Origin: an uncultured archaeon
GTDB lineage: Archaea > Nanohalarchaeota > Nanosalinia > Nanosalinales > Nanosalinaceae
DNA: 46,722 nt
NCBI GenBank assembly: GCA_964421955.1
Contig: CAYQYU010000008.1
Coordinates: forward strand, 1 to 46,722
Reading direction: 5' to 3'
Under the pieces are notes generated by a model. The model did not search any database. It worked only from the letters and a program-made list of their open reading frames with translations, and was not told the DNA's origin. Shown in pieces: positions 25,275 to 35,724 of the stretch. The position numbers and the translations under genes are program-made. Position 1 is the first letter of the stretch. Each line of letters begins with the position of its first letter.

Positions 25275-27884
25275 ATGCCTGAAGGAGACTACAACGCGGA
25301 AGAAGTCGAGCAAAAATGGCAGAAGAAATGGGTCGAGGATGAAACATACGCCTACACGAGAGTGGAAGACCGGGAAGAGGTCTTCTCCATAGATACCCCT
25401 CCACCGACAGTATCCGGATCGCTGCACATGGGGCATCTCTACGGCCAGACACTCCAGGACTTCATGGCCCGGTTCCAGAGAATGTACGGCCATGAAGTCT
25501 TCCAGCCGTTCGGCTACGACGACAACGGAATCGCTAGCGAGAGATTGACAGAGGACGAACTTGGAATCCGGCACCAGGACTTTACAAGGAGGGAATTCCA
25601 GGAGAAATGCCGTGAAGTGTGTGAAAAATACGAGAAACAGTTCACGGAGAACATGCAGTCGCTCGGGATCTCCCACGACTGGACCAACACATACAAGACC
25701 ATCGAGCCGAGAGTCCAGCGTATCAGCCAGCTGTCCTTCATCGACCTCTACGAGAAAGGAAGAGAGTATAGAGAAAAAGGGCCCGCGATCTGGTGCCCGG
25801 AGTGCGAGACCGCGATATCCCAGGTCGAGGCCGAGGACCTCGACAAATCGGGCCACTTCAACGATATTGAGTTCGAAGTTGTCAACGGCGACAACTTCAC
25901 GATTTCGACCACGAGACCGGAGCTACTGCCCGCCTGTGTTGCAGTCTTCATACACCCGGAAGATGAGGAAAACCAGGACCTGGTCGGGAAGAAAGCCCGC
26001 ATCCCAATTTTCGGCCAGGAAGTCCCGATACTTGAGGACGAGCGAGTTGACATGGAGACTGGCTCGGGAATCGTCATGTGCTGTACCTTCGGCGACCAGA
26101 CAGATATCGAGTGGTACCAGGCCCACGACCTGCCGCTGAAAATCGCCATCGACGAGTCTGGCACAATGACAGAAGTCGCGGGAGACTACGAGGGAATGAA
26201 CACTGAAGAAGCCAGGGAAAAAATAGTAGAAGAGCTTGAAGAGGAAGGTGCGCTACTCGACCGGGAACAGATCAACCACACCGTTCAGGCTCATGAGAGA
26301 TGCGACACACCGATCGAGTTCCTCGTAAAGGAGCAGTGGTACGTCGAGCTTCTGGACCACAAGAAGAAATACCTGGATGCGGGGAGACAGATGGACTGGT
26401 ACCCGGAGAAGATGTTCACGCGTTACAAGCACTGGATCGAGGGCCTCCAGTGGGACTGGTGTATCTCGAGACAGAGGGACTCTGGAATTCCATTCCCGGT
26501 CTGGTACTGTGAAAAATGTGGAGAGGAAGTCATCGCGGAGAAAGACCAGCTACCAGTCGACCCTATCGAGGACGAGCCTCCAGTTGAGGAATGTTCCGAA
26601 TGTTCCGGCAGCTCTTTCAGGCCGGAAGAAGACGTCTTCGACACCTGGGCCACGAGCAGCCTGACTCCACTGATCAACGCGCACTGGGACTGGAATGAAG
26701 AAGAGGAAGAGTTCGAGATCGGGCGGCCGGAACTATACCCGTTCAATCTCAGGCCGGAGGGTCACGACATCATCACTTTCTGGCTCTTTCACACAGTAGT
26801 TAAATGCTACGAGCACACAGGAGAAGTCCCGTTCGAGTCCGTAATGAACCACGGCCATGTCCTCGACAAGCACAGGGAGAAGATGAGCAAGTCGAAGGGC
26901 AACGTCGTCGCGCCCGCAGAAGTACTGGAAGAGTTCCCTGTCGACGCGGCGCGTTACTGGGCCGCGGGCTCAAGCGTGGGTGACGACTTCCCGTTCAAGA
27001 AGAAGGAGCTACGGGCCGGAGAGAAACTGATGAGAAAGCTCTGGAACGCCTCGAAGCTCGTCGAACAGCTCGCGCCTCTGGATGAAATCGAAAGAGGTGG
27101 GCAGAAACTAGAGAAGATAGATAGCTGGATGCTGGCCGAGATGGACGAGCTGATCGAATTCATGACCGAAAAGATGGAGAACTACGAGTTCGCGAAGGCC
27201 CGCGACAGGCTGAGATACGTCTTCTGGAACACCTTCTGCGACAACTACCTCGAGATCACGAAGCAGAGGCTCGAAGACTCGGACTCGCAGTCCGCCAAAC
27301 ACACGCTGAGAAGCGTCCACAGCAACTTCCTGAAGCTGTTTGCGCCATTCCTCTCCCACATAACCGAGGAGATTCACCACGACATGTACACCCCAGACTC
27401 TTCGACAGAGAGCATCCACACTTCAGACTGGCCTGAACCAGTTGATGTAAAGGCCGATCTGGATCGCGGGGAGCGCGCGATGCAGGTAATATCATCGCTG
27501 AGAAAGTACAAATCAGACAACCAGATGTCCCTCAACGAGGAGCTGGATAGTGTCGAGGTCTACGGAGACATAGAGGGCTTCGAGGACGCGATAAGGGAGG
27601 TCATGCACATCGAAGAACTCGAAATCACTGAAGACGAACCAGAAGTCGAGAAGCAGATTAAATCGATCAAGCTCGACTATGAAAAGGCAGGACCAGAGTA
27701 TGGCGACGACATCGGAGGGATCGAGGAGGCGTTGAGAAAGCAGGACTGGGATATTGAATCAGGCCGGCTACATGTTGCGGGACACATGCTGAAGCCGGAA
27801 ATGTTCGACGTCAAAGAGGAAAAAGAGTACCTCGGAGACGGAGAAATGATCGAATCAGAAGAAGTTACAGTGATCGTGAAGTAG
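25275..27884 (+). CDS. valS: Valyl-tRNA synthetase
   Basis: IDTPPPTVSGSLHMGH, TTRPELL, DWCISRQR, DTWATSS, KMSKSKGN. Confidence 0.97.
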   Translation: MPEGDYNAEEVEQKWQKKWVEDETYAYTRVEDREEVFSIDTPPPTVSGSLHMGHLYGQTLQDFMARFQRMYGHEVFQPFGYDDNGIASERLTEDELGIRHQDFTRREFQEKCREVCEKYEKQFTENMQSLGISHDWTNTYKTIEPRVQRISQLSFIDLYEKGREYREKGPAIWCPECETAISQVEAEDLDKSGHFNDIEFEVVNGDNFTISTTRPELLPACVAVFIHPEDEENQDLVGKKARIPIFGQEVPILEDERVDMETGSGIVMCCTFGDQTDIEWYQAHDLPLKIAIDESGTMTEVAGDYEGMNTEEAREKIVEELEEEGALLDREQINHTVQAHERCDTPIEFLVKEQWYVELLDHKKKYLDAGRQMDWYPEKMFTRYKHWIEGLQWDWCISRQRDSGIPFPVWYCEKCGEEVIAEKDQLPVDPIEDEPPVEECSECSGSSFRPEEDVFDTWATSSLTPLINAHWDWNEEEEEFEIGRPELYPFNLRPEGHDIITFWLFHTVVKCYEHTGEVPFESVMNHGHVLDKHREKMSKSKGNVVAPAEVLEEFPVDAARYWAAGSSVGDDFPFKKKELRAGEKLMRKLWNASKLVEQLAPLDEIERGGQKLEKIDSWMLAEMDELIEFMTEKMENYEFAKARDRLRYVFWNTFCDNYLEITKQRLEDSDSQSAKHTLRSVHSNFLKLFAPFLSHITEEIHHDMYTPDSSTESIHTSDWPEPVDVKADLDRGERAMQVISSLRKYKSDNQMSLNEELDSVEVYGDIEGFEDAIREVMHIEELEITEDEPEVEKQIKSIKLDYEKAGPEYGDDIGGIEEALRKQDWDIESGRLHVAGHMLKPEMFDVKEEKEYLGDGEMIESEEVTVIVK

Positions 27885-27885
27885 G

Positions 27886-28767
27886 ATGACAAGCTACAGA
27901 GACAGATTCCAGCCGATGCTTCTCGAAATCTTTCAGAAAGCAGAAAGGCTCCACCAGGAGCTGTCAATGGAGGGCGAGGACGAGAAAAACATTGCCGAAG
28001 ACGACGTAGTCACGAAGGTGGACACGGAGATGACAGAACTCATAATTTCCTTCTTCAAGGACCAGGAAGGGTCTTACGAACTCCAGTCTGAAGAAATGGC
28101 AAAGGAGAGAATGGAGGCTTCAGAGGGAGAAACTGATTACACCGTAGTCTTCGACGAGATAGACGGCACCCACCATCTCATAGAGAAGAACGGGCCCTAC
28201 GGGCCGATAGTAGGTATAGCAAAGGGTCAAAATCCAGAGTTTGGAGATATTGTGGCCGCAGGATACCTGAATCTCGCGAGCGGTAAACTCTACCACGCCT
28301 ACCGGGGAGAGGGTGCCTACATAGATACCGGCAATCCCGGGAAAAATCAATCCCTCTCTACTAGCGGGAAGAAAGAGCTGGAGAGAGGGGGAAAGACATC
28401 CCTGCTGATTGACCAGGGGATGCTGGGAAAGAAGCCCAGTATAGCCCGGGAAGCCTGGAAACACTGGTGCAACGACTACGGCTCGCAGGGACAGCACTAC
28501 GCCCTCGTGGCCAAGGGAGACCGCGACGTTTTCATTACCGGCGGACACAGCTATCTCGAAAGCAAGCCCGTAAACTCTCCCGAAGAAGCCGCCGGAATGT
28601 ACCTGCTGGTCGAAGAAGCTGGAGGAAAAGTCACGGACTGGGACGGTGAAACAGTCGAGGAGGAAAAAATAGGTATGAAAGATAAGAAAAACCACGATAT
28701 AATAGCCGCGGCCACACCCAAACTGGCCCGGGAAACCGCTGAAAAAATTATACCAGAGGAACATTGA
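27886..28767 (+). CDS. Inositol monophosphatase/FBPase (FIG) family protein
   Basis: VVTKVD, SEE, FDEIDGT, AAGMYLLVEEAGGKVTD. Confidence 0.88.
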   Translation: MTSYRDRFQPMLLEIFQKAERLHQELSMEGEDEKNIAEDDVVTKVDTEMTELIISFFKDQEGSYELQSEEMAKERMEASEGETDYTVVFDEIDGTHHLIEKNGPYGPIVGIAKGQNPEFGDIVAAGYLNLASGKLYHAYRGEGAYIDTGNPGKNQSLSTSGKKELERGGKTSLLIDQGMLGKKPSIAREAWKHWCNDYGSQGQHYALVAKGDRDVFITGGHSYLESKPVNSPEEAAGMYLLVEEAGGKVTDWDGETVEEEKIGMKDKKNHDIIAAATPKLARETAEKIIPEEH

Positions 28768-29517
28768 ATGAAACTCGGAATCTCCCTGGGGCCGAAACCG
28801 GAAGAAGTTTCCCGCGTGCCGGAAGAGTTTGACTTTGTGGAAATCTCTATAGGAGAGATGGAGATAGCCCCGGAAGAAATAGATACCGGGCAGCTGAAAC
28901 AGGACCTTGAGGACAGAGATCTCGACCTTGTAGTCCACCTGCCGTTCAGGCAGCCGATAGTCACCAGCGTCGAGGAGTTCAACCAGGCCCAGAAGGACTA
29001 CCTGGAACGGCTACTGGAGTTCTCCTCAGAGCTCGGTGCGGAAAAGGCGGTGGTCCACGCCAACCTGAGGTACGGCGAGGACAAAGAAGAAATGAGGGAG
29101 AGGCTGGAAGAACAGCTGGGAGAAATCAGCGAGCTCGGGCAGGAGCACGGAGTCGAGGTCTGCTTCGAGAACATCCACTTTGAGACCTCGAAAGCCGCCG
29201 ACATCTGGGAACTGGCAGATATACTTGAAGATCTGGGCCTTTCAATGTGCTTCGACAACGGCCACGCGTTCGCCGAGATCGACCAAGAAGAGATAGCCGA
29301 GTTCCTGGAGGAATACACCCATATAATCTCCCACCTCCACATACAGGACACCAGGGAGGGCAAAGACCTCCACATGCCGATCGGCAGCGCAGAGTTCGAC
29401 TTCTCGATAATTGGAGACACGCTTCCCGGATTCGCGGGAACCGCGTGTCTCGAAATTTTCACCTCAGACAGCGACTACCTCAAACTATCGCGGGAAAAGT
29501 TCCGGGAGCACTTCTAG
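28768..29517 (+). CDS. Sugar-phosphate isomerase/epimerase (AP endonuclease 2 TIM-barrel) family
   Basis: VHLP, VVH, FEN, FDNGH, HLHIQD, DLHMPIG, LEI. Confidence 0.9.
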   Translation: MKLGISLGPKPEEVSRVPEEFDFVEISIGEMEIAPEEIDTGQLKQDLEDRDLDLVVHLPFRQPIVTSVEEFNQAQKDYLERLLEFSSELGAEKAVVHANLRYGEDKEEMRERLEEQLGEISELGQEHGVEVCFENIHFETSKAADIWELADILEDLGLSMCFDNGHAFAEIDQEEIAEFLEEYTHIISHLHIQDTREGKDLHMPIGSAEFDFSIIGDTLPGFAGTACLEIFTSDSDYLKLSREKFREHF

Positions 29518-29550
29518 GAGTTTAAAAGACTTCTTTCCTCATCAAGCCTC

Positions 29551-30789
29551 ATGACCGACGACAACTCCGACAACCACATGTCGAAGTACGAGCTGAAGAA
29601 GCTGATCAAGCAGCTGGAGGAAATTAGAGGTCGCAACACTGAGCTGGTATCTCTCTACATTCCGGCGGGCTACGACATGTCGAAGATATCCGACTTCGTG
29701 ACCTCTGAGGCGAGCGAGGCGGAGAACATCAAGTCGAAGCAGACCCGGAAGAACGTCCAGGCGGCACTCGACAAGATTGGAAGAAAGGTCCAAGAGGAGC
29801 ATGAGACACCGGAGAACGGTGTTGCCTTCTTCTCCGGTAATGTCTCCGAACGGGAGGGACGGCCTGACATCCAGGTCTGGGAGGTCGTGCCGCCACAGCC
29901 TATCGAGTCCCGGCACTATCGATGCGACAAGGAGTTCGTGCTCGAGCCGCTGAGGCAGATGATCGTGGACGACCGCGTATACGGTCTGATCGCGGTCGAC
30001 AAGAATGAAGCGGCGATAGGCTACTTACAGGGAAGTTCCATCAAGACCGAGTACAGGATGACCTCCGAGGTTCCAGGAAAAACGCGCGCGGGAGGTCAGT
30101 CGGCGCAGAGGTTCGCAAGACATAGGGAACAGATGCTGAAGAATTTTCTGGACGAGGTCGCAGGAAACGCGAAGAAGGCGTTTTTGAACAAGTCCCGTGA
30201 AGGCAAGCTGCTCGGAATTCTGGTAGGAGGACCTGGGTGGGTGAAGGACAAGCTTATGGACGGCTATCTTCACCAGGAACTGAAGGAAAAAGTGGTTGCG
30301 AACAAGTCACTGAACTACTCGGGTGAAGAAGCCCTGACAGAGCTCGTCAACAAGTCAGAGGATGCCATACAGGACGCCGCGGTAGTCAAGGAGAAGAATC
30401 TTGTCAACAAGTTCTTCAGAAATCTGAAGGAGGAGAACGGCAAGAGCGAGTACGGCGTCGAACAGGTCAAGAAGGCGCTCGACATGGGCGCGGTTGAGAC
30501 AATACTCATTACAGAAGATGTAAACCTTTTCCAGGCCCACTACAGATGCCCAAACGATCACGAGAAGAACATCCTTGAGGAGAAACCCGAGATTTCCGAC
30601 TCAGTGGAATGCGACGAGTGCGGCGAGGATATGGACCTGGAGGACATCAGCGACATTGTTGACGTTTTCGGTAAAAAGGCGGGGGAAATGTCTTCGGAAC
30701 TCGAAATTATTTCTTCAGATCACGAGGAGGGCCAGCGGCTTTCAAATATGGGTGGAGTGGCCGCGATCCTCAGGTACAGGATCAGGTAA
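29551..30789 (+). CDS. prf1: Peptide chain release factor aRF1
   Basis: TELVSLYIP, NIKS, YRCD, GGQSAQRF, GAVETILI, AAILRY. Confidence 0.98.
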   Translation: MTDDNSDNHMSKYELKKLIKQLEEIRGRNTELVSLYIPAGYDMSKISDFVTSEASEAENIKSKQTRKNVQAALDKIGRKVQEEHETPENGVAFFSGNVSEREGRPDIQVWEVVPPQPIESRHYRCDKEFVLEPLRQMIVDDRVYGLIAVDKNEAAIGYLQGSSIKTEYRMTSEVPGKTRAGGQSAQRFARHREQMLKNFLDEVAGNAKKAFLNKSREGKLLGILVGGPGWVKDKLMDGYLHQELKEKVVANKSLNYSGEEALTELVNKSEDAIQDAAVVKEKNLVNKFFRNLKEENGKSEYGVEQVKKALDMGAVETILITEDVNLFQAHYRCPNDHEKNILEEKPEISDSVECDECGEDMDLEDISDIVDVFGKKAGEMSSELEIISSDHEEGQRLSNMGGVAAILRYRIR

Positions 30790-30829
30790 TGACACAAATT
30801 TTATATCCCGGCCTTCTAGAGCTTCTTTC

Positions 30830-30982
30830 ATGGACAAAGAAGAACTGAAGCAGGAAATAAGGTCTGCACTCGAGGAGGGTTACAGTCCCGAAGAAGTCGT
30901 TAAGGCCCTGAGACAGAACGGCTACAGCGACGAAGTCATAAAGGAGGCTGTGAGAGAGATAAAAGAAGATATTAAAGACTAG
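30830..30982 (+). CDS. 50-aa helical microprotein (GYS..E repeat)
   Basis: MDKEELKQEIRSALEEGYSPEEVVKALRQNGYSDEVIKEAV...; TTTTATAT ~25 nt upstream of ATG 30830. Confidence 0.75.
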   Translation: MDKEELKQEIRSALEEGYSPEEVVKALRQNGYSDEVIKEAVREIKEDIKD

Positions 30983-31022
30983 GAAGGGAGAAATTCAAAA
31001 ACGATTCTGCACAAGCTTAACT

Positions 31023-31595
31023 ATGCCAGACGATTCTCTCTCCCGTATTGACTTTTCGGATACTGAATACACTATCAAACAGTCGCTCGTGAGAAACAAG
31101 TACGAGATCTTTGACTCCTCGGAAACACTCATCCTGAAGGCCAAGCAGAAGCTATTCAAGATGAAGGAGGAGTTTCCTTTCACCGACCCCGATGGAAATG
31201 TCGTGTTCCGGATAAAGGCCGACAGGAGACTGGATATCGCGGGAAAGTACAGGATAATCGACGAGGAAACGGGAGAAAAAGTGGGCTTGCTGTCAAAAGA
31301 GTTCACACTGCTGAAGCATGTCTGGAAGGTCAAGGACCCGGAATTGGACGACGTGCTCGCAACTATCGAGAGCAGGAGCGCAGCCATAGAGTTCCTCAGG
31401 ACGATGTCAGACCTCTTCTCCCTTCTGCCTCACAGATACAGCATCACCGGACAGGAAGAAGAAAATCTGGGGACTCTACAGGGCAGGTTCTCGCTGAAAG
31501 ACACCTACGACCTCGAGCTTGAGAAGGAAGACTTTCCCGGGAAAGAAGTGGTGGTTGCATCAGCGGTCACGATAGACGCGCTCGAGGGTAACTGA
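31023..31595 (+). CDS. LURP-one/scramblase-like (Tubby C-terminal fold) protein
   Basis: KAKQKLFKMKEEFPF...GRFSLKDTY pattern. Confidence 0.75.
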   Translation: MPDDSLSRIDFSDTEYTIKQSLVRNKYEIFDSSETLILKAKQKLFKMKEEFPFTDPDGNVVFRIKADRRLDIAGKYRIIDEETGEKVGLLSKEFTLLKHVWKVKDPELDDVLATIESRSAAIEFLRTMSDLFSLLPHRYSITGQEEENLGTLQGRFSLKDTYDLELEKEDFPGKEVVVASAVTIDALEGN

Positions 31596-32176
31596 TGGAA
31601 ATCACGAACCTGTCGGAAAATTCGGAGGACTTTACCGGAAATGTCTGGCTACTGAGCGACCAGGAGAACATTCTTATCGACGCCGGAACCGGCGACTCCT
31701 GGAACATGATAAAGGAGCTTGAAAAGGTCGATAAAGTCGTTGTAACGCATTCTCACCACGATCATGTCGACAACCTGCCGAAGATAGTTGACAGGTTCGA
31801 TCCCGAAGTCTTTGCCTTTGAGCCCGACAACCTTCCTGTGAATGCGGAAAAACTCGATGAAGGCCGCGAGATCGATCTTGGAGGCGTGAGATTCCGCGCG
31901 ATCCATACTCCAGGCCATAGAAACGACTCCATCTGCCTCTACTCGCCCGCGGAGAAGATACTTTTCACCGGCGACCTAGTGTTCCCTGGAGGCAGTTTCG
32001 GCAGGACTGACCTAGCCGAGGGCGACCGTGAAATCCTGATCGAGTCCATAGAGAAAATAGCGGAACTCGACGTAGAAAAGTTCTACCCAGGTCATGATGG
32101 ATCAGTTAAAGAAGACGCAAATGACTGGATCAATAAGTCGCTGGAAGAGGCGAAGAAACGGGAGCCAAAATACTAG
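31595..32176 (+). CDS. MBL-fold hydrolase (glyoxalase II-like)
   Basis: THSHHDHV, HTPGH, FTGD, GRTDL, YPGH. Confidence 0.92.
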   Translation: MEITNLSENSEDFTGNVWLLSDQENILIDAGTGDSWNMIKELEKVDKVVVTHSHHDHVDNLPKIVDRFDPEVFAFEPDNLPVNAEKLDEGREIDLGGVRFRAIHTPGHRNDSICLYSPAEKILFTGDLVFPGGSFGRTDLAEGDREILIESIEKIAELDVEKFYPGHDGSVKEDANDWINKSLEEAKKREPKY

Positions 32177-32838
32177 TACTCCGCGGGATCTACCAGCAGG
32201 TACCTGTAGAGGTCCTTGGTCTTCCTGTAAACTATCACCGCAAGAACTACCGCGGCCGCCGACACGAGTATGGCGGTCGAGGCAGTATCTATCTGGCCCG
32301 CGACGGCCATGAAATCATCTTTCAGGCTCCAGCCGATGAACGCTAGCACAGTATTCCGAGGCATCATCCCTATGAAGCTCCAGACCCCGTAGGTGCGCCA
32401 GTCCATCCTGAACAGGCCTGCGGCACCCGAGACAAGTGAAAGAGGTACTATCGGGACTGCCCTGAAAAGCGCAACGTAGTATTTCTCACGGTCGGAATCA
32501 AAGTGTTTCTCAAACTGCTGGATCTCCTCCCAGGAAATATCCAGGAACCTGCCGTACCTCTGGATCGCGGGTTTTCCGCCGAAAAACGCTATCGCAAAAA
32601 CAAAGTATGAACTCACCACAGATGCTATCGAGGCAGGTATAGCGATGAACAGGACTATCTCAACCAGTGCTGCAGCAAGTCCTGTGGATTCAACCAGCAG
32701 TGCACCTGCAGCCATCGGTATCACCGGCGAGGGAATCGGCACAACTACTTCCTCGATAACCATCCCCAGCATGACCGCGATCACACCGTGCTGCTGGATC
32801 AGCTGGATTATAGGCTCGACCGGTATGTCTAGAACCAT
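32173..32838 (-). CDS. DedA/VTT family membrane protein
   Basis: EEVVVPIPS, FGGK, FRAVPIVP, AGLFRM. Confidence 0.9.
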   Translation of the reverse strand: MVLDIPVEPIIQLIQQHGVIAVMLGMVIEEVVVPIPSPVIPMAAGALLVESTGLAAALVEIVLFIAIPASIASVVSSYFVFAIAFFGGKPAIQRYGRFLDISWEEIQQFEKHFDSDREKYYVALFRAVPIVPLSLVSGAAGLFRMDWRTYGVWSFIGMMPRNTVLAFIGWSLKDDFMAVAGQIDTASTAILVSAAAVVLAVIVYRKTKDLYRYLLVDPAEY

Positions 32839-32871
32839 AGCTAGAAATAGTTCGAAGGGGATTAAAGGATT

Positions 32872-33243
32872 ATGGAGACACGGGTGCTGAAACGGAGGAT
32901 AGAAATCGACGAGGAACTCGTAACAGAGAATCCAGAAGAGATTGAGAAACAGCTCAGGGAATACGAGACCGGGAAACGGGAGAAATTTGATCTGTCAGTA
33001 GAGTTCCCGGACAGCTTCACGGGAAGGGTGATGAAAGCGATGTCAGAGATTCACTACGGAGAAACCGAAACATACGGGGAGATCGCAGAAAAGCTCGATA
33101 CCTCTGCTGTCGCGGTCGGCCAGGCGTGCTCCCGGAACCCCGTCCCTGTGATCATTCCCTGCCACCGCATCGTCTCTGAAACAGGCGCGGGCGGCTACCA
33201 GTACGGCGACCTCAAGAAGAAGCTACTAGAGCTTGAAGGATAG
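32872..33243 (+). CDS. ogt: Methylated-DNA-protein-cysteine methyltransferase
   Basis: TYGEIA, AVGQACSRNP, active-site PCHRIV. Confidence 0.93.
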   Translation: METRVLKRRIEIDEELVTENPEEIEKQLREYETGKREKFDLSVEFPDSFTGRVMKAMSEIHYGETETYGEIAEKLDTSAVAVGQACSRNPVPVIIPCHRIVSETGAGGYQYGDLKKKLLELEG

Positions 33244-34693
33244 AGCCGAACTGTCTGGCCCAGTAGACCAGCAAATCCTCGAGGAACTGCCCGAAAGAAA
33301 CCTCGCCTTCTTTGACACTGTCTATAGATGGCGTCGCATTTATGGTCCGGTTGGGAACCTCTAGGCGTTCGACCTCTATGCTCCTTGTGCTCCGTGAAGG
33401 CTTGCCTGAGTAGACAGGATAATCGTAACTGTTGATCTCGTCGAGACACCGGTCAAATTTTTCACGGGAACTGTAACTGCAGGGGGTCATGTCGAGGTAG
33501 CCCGAGTAGATGCTCCATTTTACCCCTGGCTCCTCTATCTCGGCGTTGACATCTATCTCCCTGTAAAGTTCGCTTAAAGACCCATTCATCCGGGCTACAT
33601 AGTTCCTGATCACGAGCTCCGAGTAGGCGTAGCCAAACTTCCTGGTCTCCGGGTCAGTATCCATGGCGTTCCATTCCTTCATGAAATCCTTCTCTTCCTG
33701 GTAGTACTCCCAGAGTTCTTCCCTGTCGCCCTGCGGGGGCAGGATGTAGGTCCTGCCATCTTTCCTGTACCTAGTCTCCTCTCCGAACAGTTCCCGGGGT
33801 GGCTGGTCGATCTCCTCCGACCGGTAGAGCTTTCGCTTAACAAGGAACTCGACGTACTTTCCAGTACCTTCATCGAAGTAAGTCGTATGCGTGTTGTCCC
33901 AGTTGAATTCCCTGTCATTCAGGCCGTGGACGACTTCATGCGCGAGAACCGGCAGGAAGTCCTCCTCGATACTTTCCCGGTCCCTGATCTGTATAGCCCC
34001 CGAAACGTACTCTCCAGCGCTCCACTCGTTGACCTTCCTCTCGTAGCTCTCGTCGCTGTGGACTGCGACAGGGAAAAGCGGGAAGTCCTGCACGATGCCG
34101 AGAGTGCCGACAGGAACCTCGTATGCTATGCCCGTATTTTCAGGCTCGGCGCCTAAGAACGAGAAATACTCCGTCTCGTAGCCGTCGCCAAACTTCATCC
34201 TGACGTTTACAGGTCCCTCCCCACGGAAGACCATCTTCTTGCCGGAGAACGACATATCGAAGCCGAAACCTGTCCTGCCTGAGAGAAGGTCCTCCGCCTT
34301 TACAGTGCCTGTAGTCCTCTCTCCCTCGAAGCCCGATAATCTGAGCGGACCCCGCTTGTATAAACCCTCGTGAATCTCCTCTGCATCGGAATCTATGACC
34401 GTCCGTATCTCGATCACCCGGTCATCAGATCCATAACTTCTTCTCCCGGGGATTGAAACTTCGCCGCCCGAGACCGTGTAACCATCTATCTCCCCGCGAC
34501 CGTCCCGGACACCCAAGACCTCTGCATCTTCCGGAAGAAGCCAGGTGAGACCCGGACACGTTCTATCGCAGTCTAGTTCTACCGTCGAGTTCATCGCCAC
34601 AGAATATTCATCCACGCCAATGCTGTACTGGACCTCGCCCGAGGCAGCGGTAACAAGAAATAGAATGAAAAAGAGGATCACTATCTTGCGCAT
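33212..34693 (-). CDS. Secreted gluzincin-type zinc metallopeptidase
   Basis: Signal peptide; LAHEVVH followed by FDEG (third ligand Glu). Confidence 0.78.
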   Translation of the reverse strand: MRKIVILFFILFLVTAASGEVQYSIGVDEYSVAMNSTVELDCDRTCPGLTWLLPEDAEVLGVRDGRGEIDGYTVSGGEVSIPGRRSYGSDDRVIEIRTVIDSDAEEIHEGLYKRGPLRLSGFEGERTTGTVKAEDLLSGRTGFGFDMSFSGKKMVFRGEGPVNVRMKFGDGYETEYFSFLGAEPENTGIAYEVPVGTLGIVQDFPLFPVAVHSDESYERKVNEWSAGEYVSGAIQIRDRESIEEDFLPVLAHEVVHGLNDREFNWDNTHTTYFDEGTGKYVEFLVKRKLYRSEEIDQPPRELFGEETRYRKDGRTYILPPQGDREELWEYYQEEKDFMKEWNAMDTDPETRKFGYAYSELVIRNYVARMNGSLSELYREIDVNAEIEEPGVKWSIYSGYLDMTPCSYSSREKFDRCLDEINSYDYPVYSGKPSRSTRSIEVERLEVPNRTINATPSIDSVKEGEVSFGQFLEDLLVYWARQFGSILQALVASS

Positions 34694-34746
34694 GAAGCCG
34701 GATTTCGGCTGAAGGAATAAAAGCGTAAGTTACCGGAGAAGACTAT

Positions 34747-35334
34747 ATGGCGATACTTTCCGATAGCGACATAAAGAAGCTCGTAGAGCAGAAAAACGCT
34801 GTCTACGTAAACCAAGGTCCGGAGATGGATGTCGATCTACAGCTCGGGCCTTCATCGCTTGACCTCAGGCTCGGCTACGAGTTCGGGATTCTAAACACGC
34901 GGAAGGTTGAGATGATCGACACCAAGAACATGCAGGACTACGATCGATACATTAGAACAGAGGAGCATACCGCGGATGAAGGTGTTGTCATCCACCCTGG
35001 AGAGTTCATTCTCGGAGGGACACTTGAAACGTTGAATATTCCAGACGATATCGTCGCCAGGGTCGAGGGCCGGTCCTCATATGGACGGCTGGGAATAATT
35101 GTACACGCGACCGCCGGCTACTGCGATCCGGGTTTCGAGGGTGACATCACTCTCGAGATCCAGAATCTCGGGAACGCACCGGTCAAGCTCTACCCTGAAG
35201 ATCGAGTGTGCCAGGTGGTCTTCGAGACCATGACCCAGGAGGCAGAGACCCCTTATGGTTCGAAGAAGGACAACAAGTACATGGGTCAGACCGGAGCCAC
35301 CGGATCGAAACTTGATGAGGAAAAGCGATCCTGA
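34747..35334 (+). CDS. dcd: dCTP deaminase
   Basis: SLDLRL, EGRSSYGRLG, AGYCDPGFEGDITLE, KYMGQ. Confidence 0.96.
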   Translation: MAILSDSDIKKLVEQKNAVYVNQGPEMDVDLQLGPSSLDLRLGYEFGILNTRKVEMIDTKNMQDYDRYIRTEEHTADEGVVIHPGEFILGGTLETLNIPDDIVARVEGRSSYGRLGIIVHATAGYCDPGFEGDITLEIQNLGNAPVKLYPEDRVCQVVFETMTQEAETPYGSKKDNKYMGQTGATGSKLDEEKRS

Positions 35335-35376
35335 AGAAGCGGAAAACTTTTAGATCTCAAGTTCCAACTCTAGGGT

Positions 35377-35697
35377 ATGTCCAATCTTATAGAAGAATAC
35401 TTCCCGGAACTTTCCGAAATGGGCTGGGAACTTGAAGAAGAAAATGAGGGCTCAGCCCGATACGTTCTCGACCAGGGATACGGTACAGGTATAGTCCTTG
35501 ACCTGGAGGAAGCAGGCTTCAACCACAGTCACAGTGCCAGGGGAAACAGAGTCTACACTGAGCCGGAAACGGAGGCTGTCGCGGGCGTTACCGATGACCA
35601 GGTCCTTCTAAAATTTGAGTATCCTGAGGAGGAAAAGGAAGAAACAGGATATCATCTATTCGATGTAGAGAACGGGATAAATGCGGGTCCAAGATAA
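35377..35697 (+). CDS. Hypothetical acidic protein
   Basis: 106-aa ORF, leaderless-type spacing from an upstream AT-rich box. Confidence 0.65.
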   Translation: MSNLIEEYFPELSEMGWELEEENEGSARYVLDQGYGTGIVLDLEEAGFNHSHSARGNRVYTEPETEAVAGVTDDQVLLKFEYPEEEKEETGYHLFDVENGINAGPR

Positions 35698-35724
35698 AGA
35701 AAAAGAAGGAAAAGCGGTAGATTA

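Noticed and set aside
28120-28938. 272-aa minus-strand ORF (and similar long antisense ORFs at 20297-20881, 21256-21873, 25239-25856, 42617-43228)
   Set aside because: Shadow frames of well-supported genes, caused by biased codon usage; no motifs.
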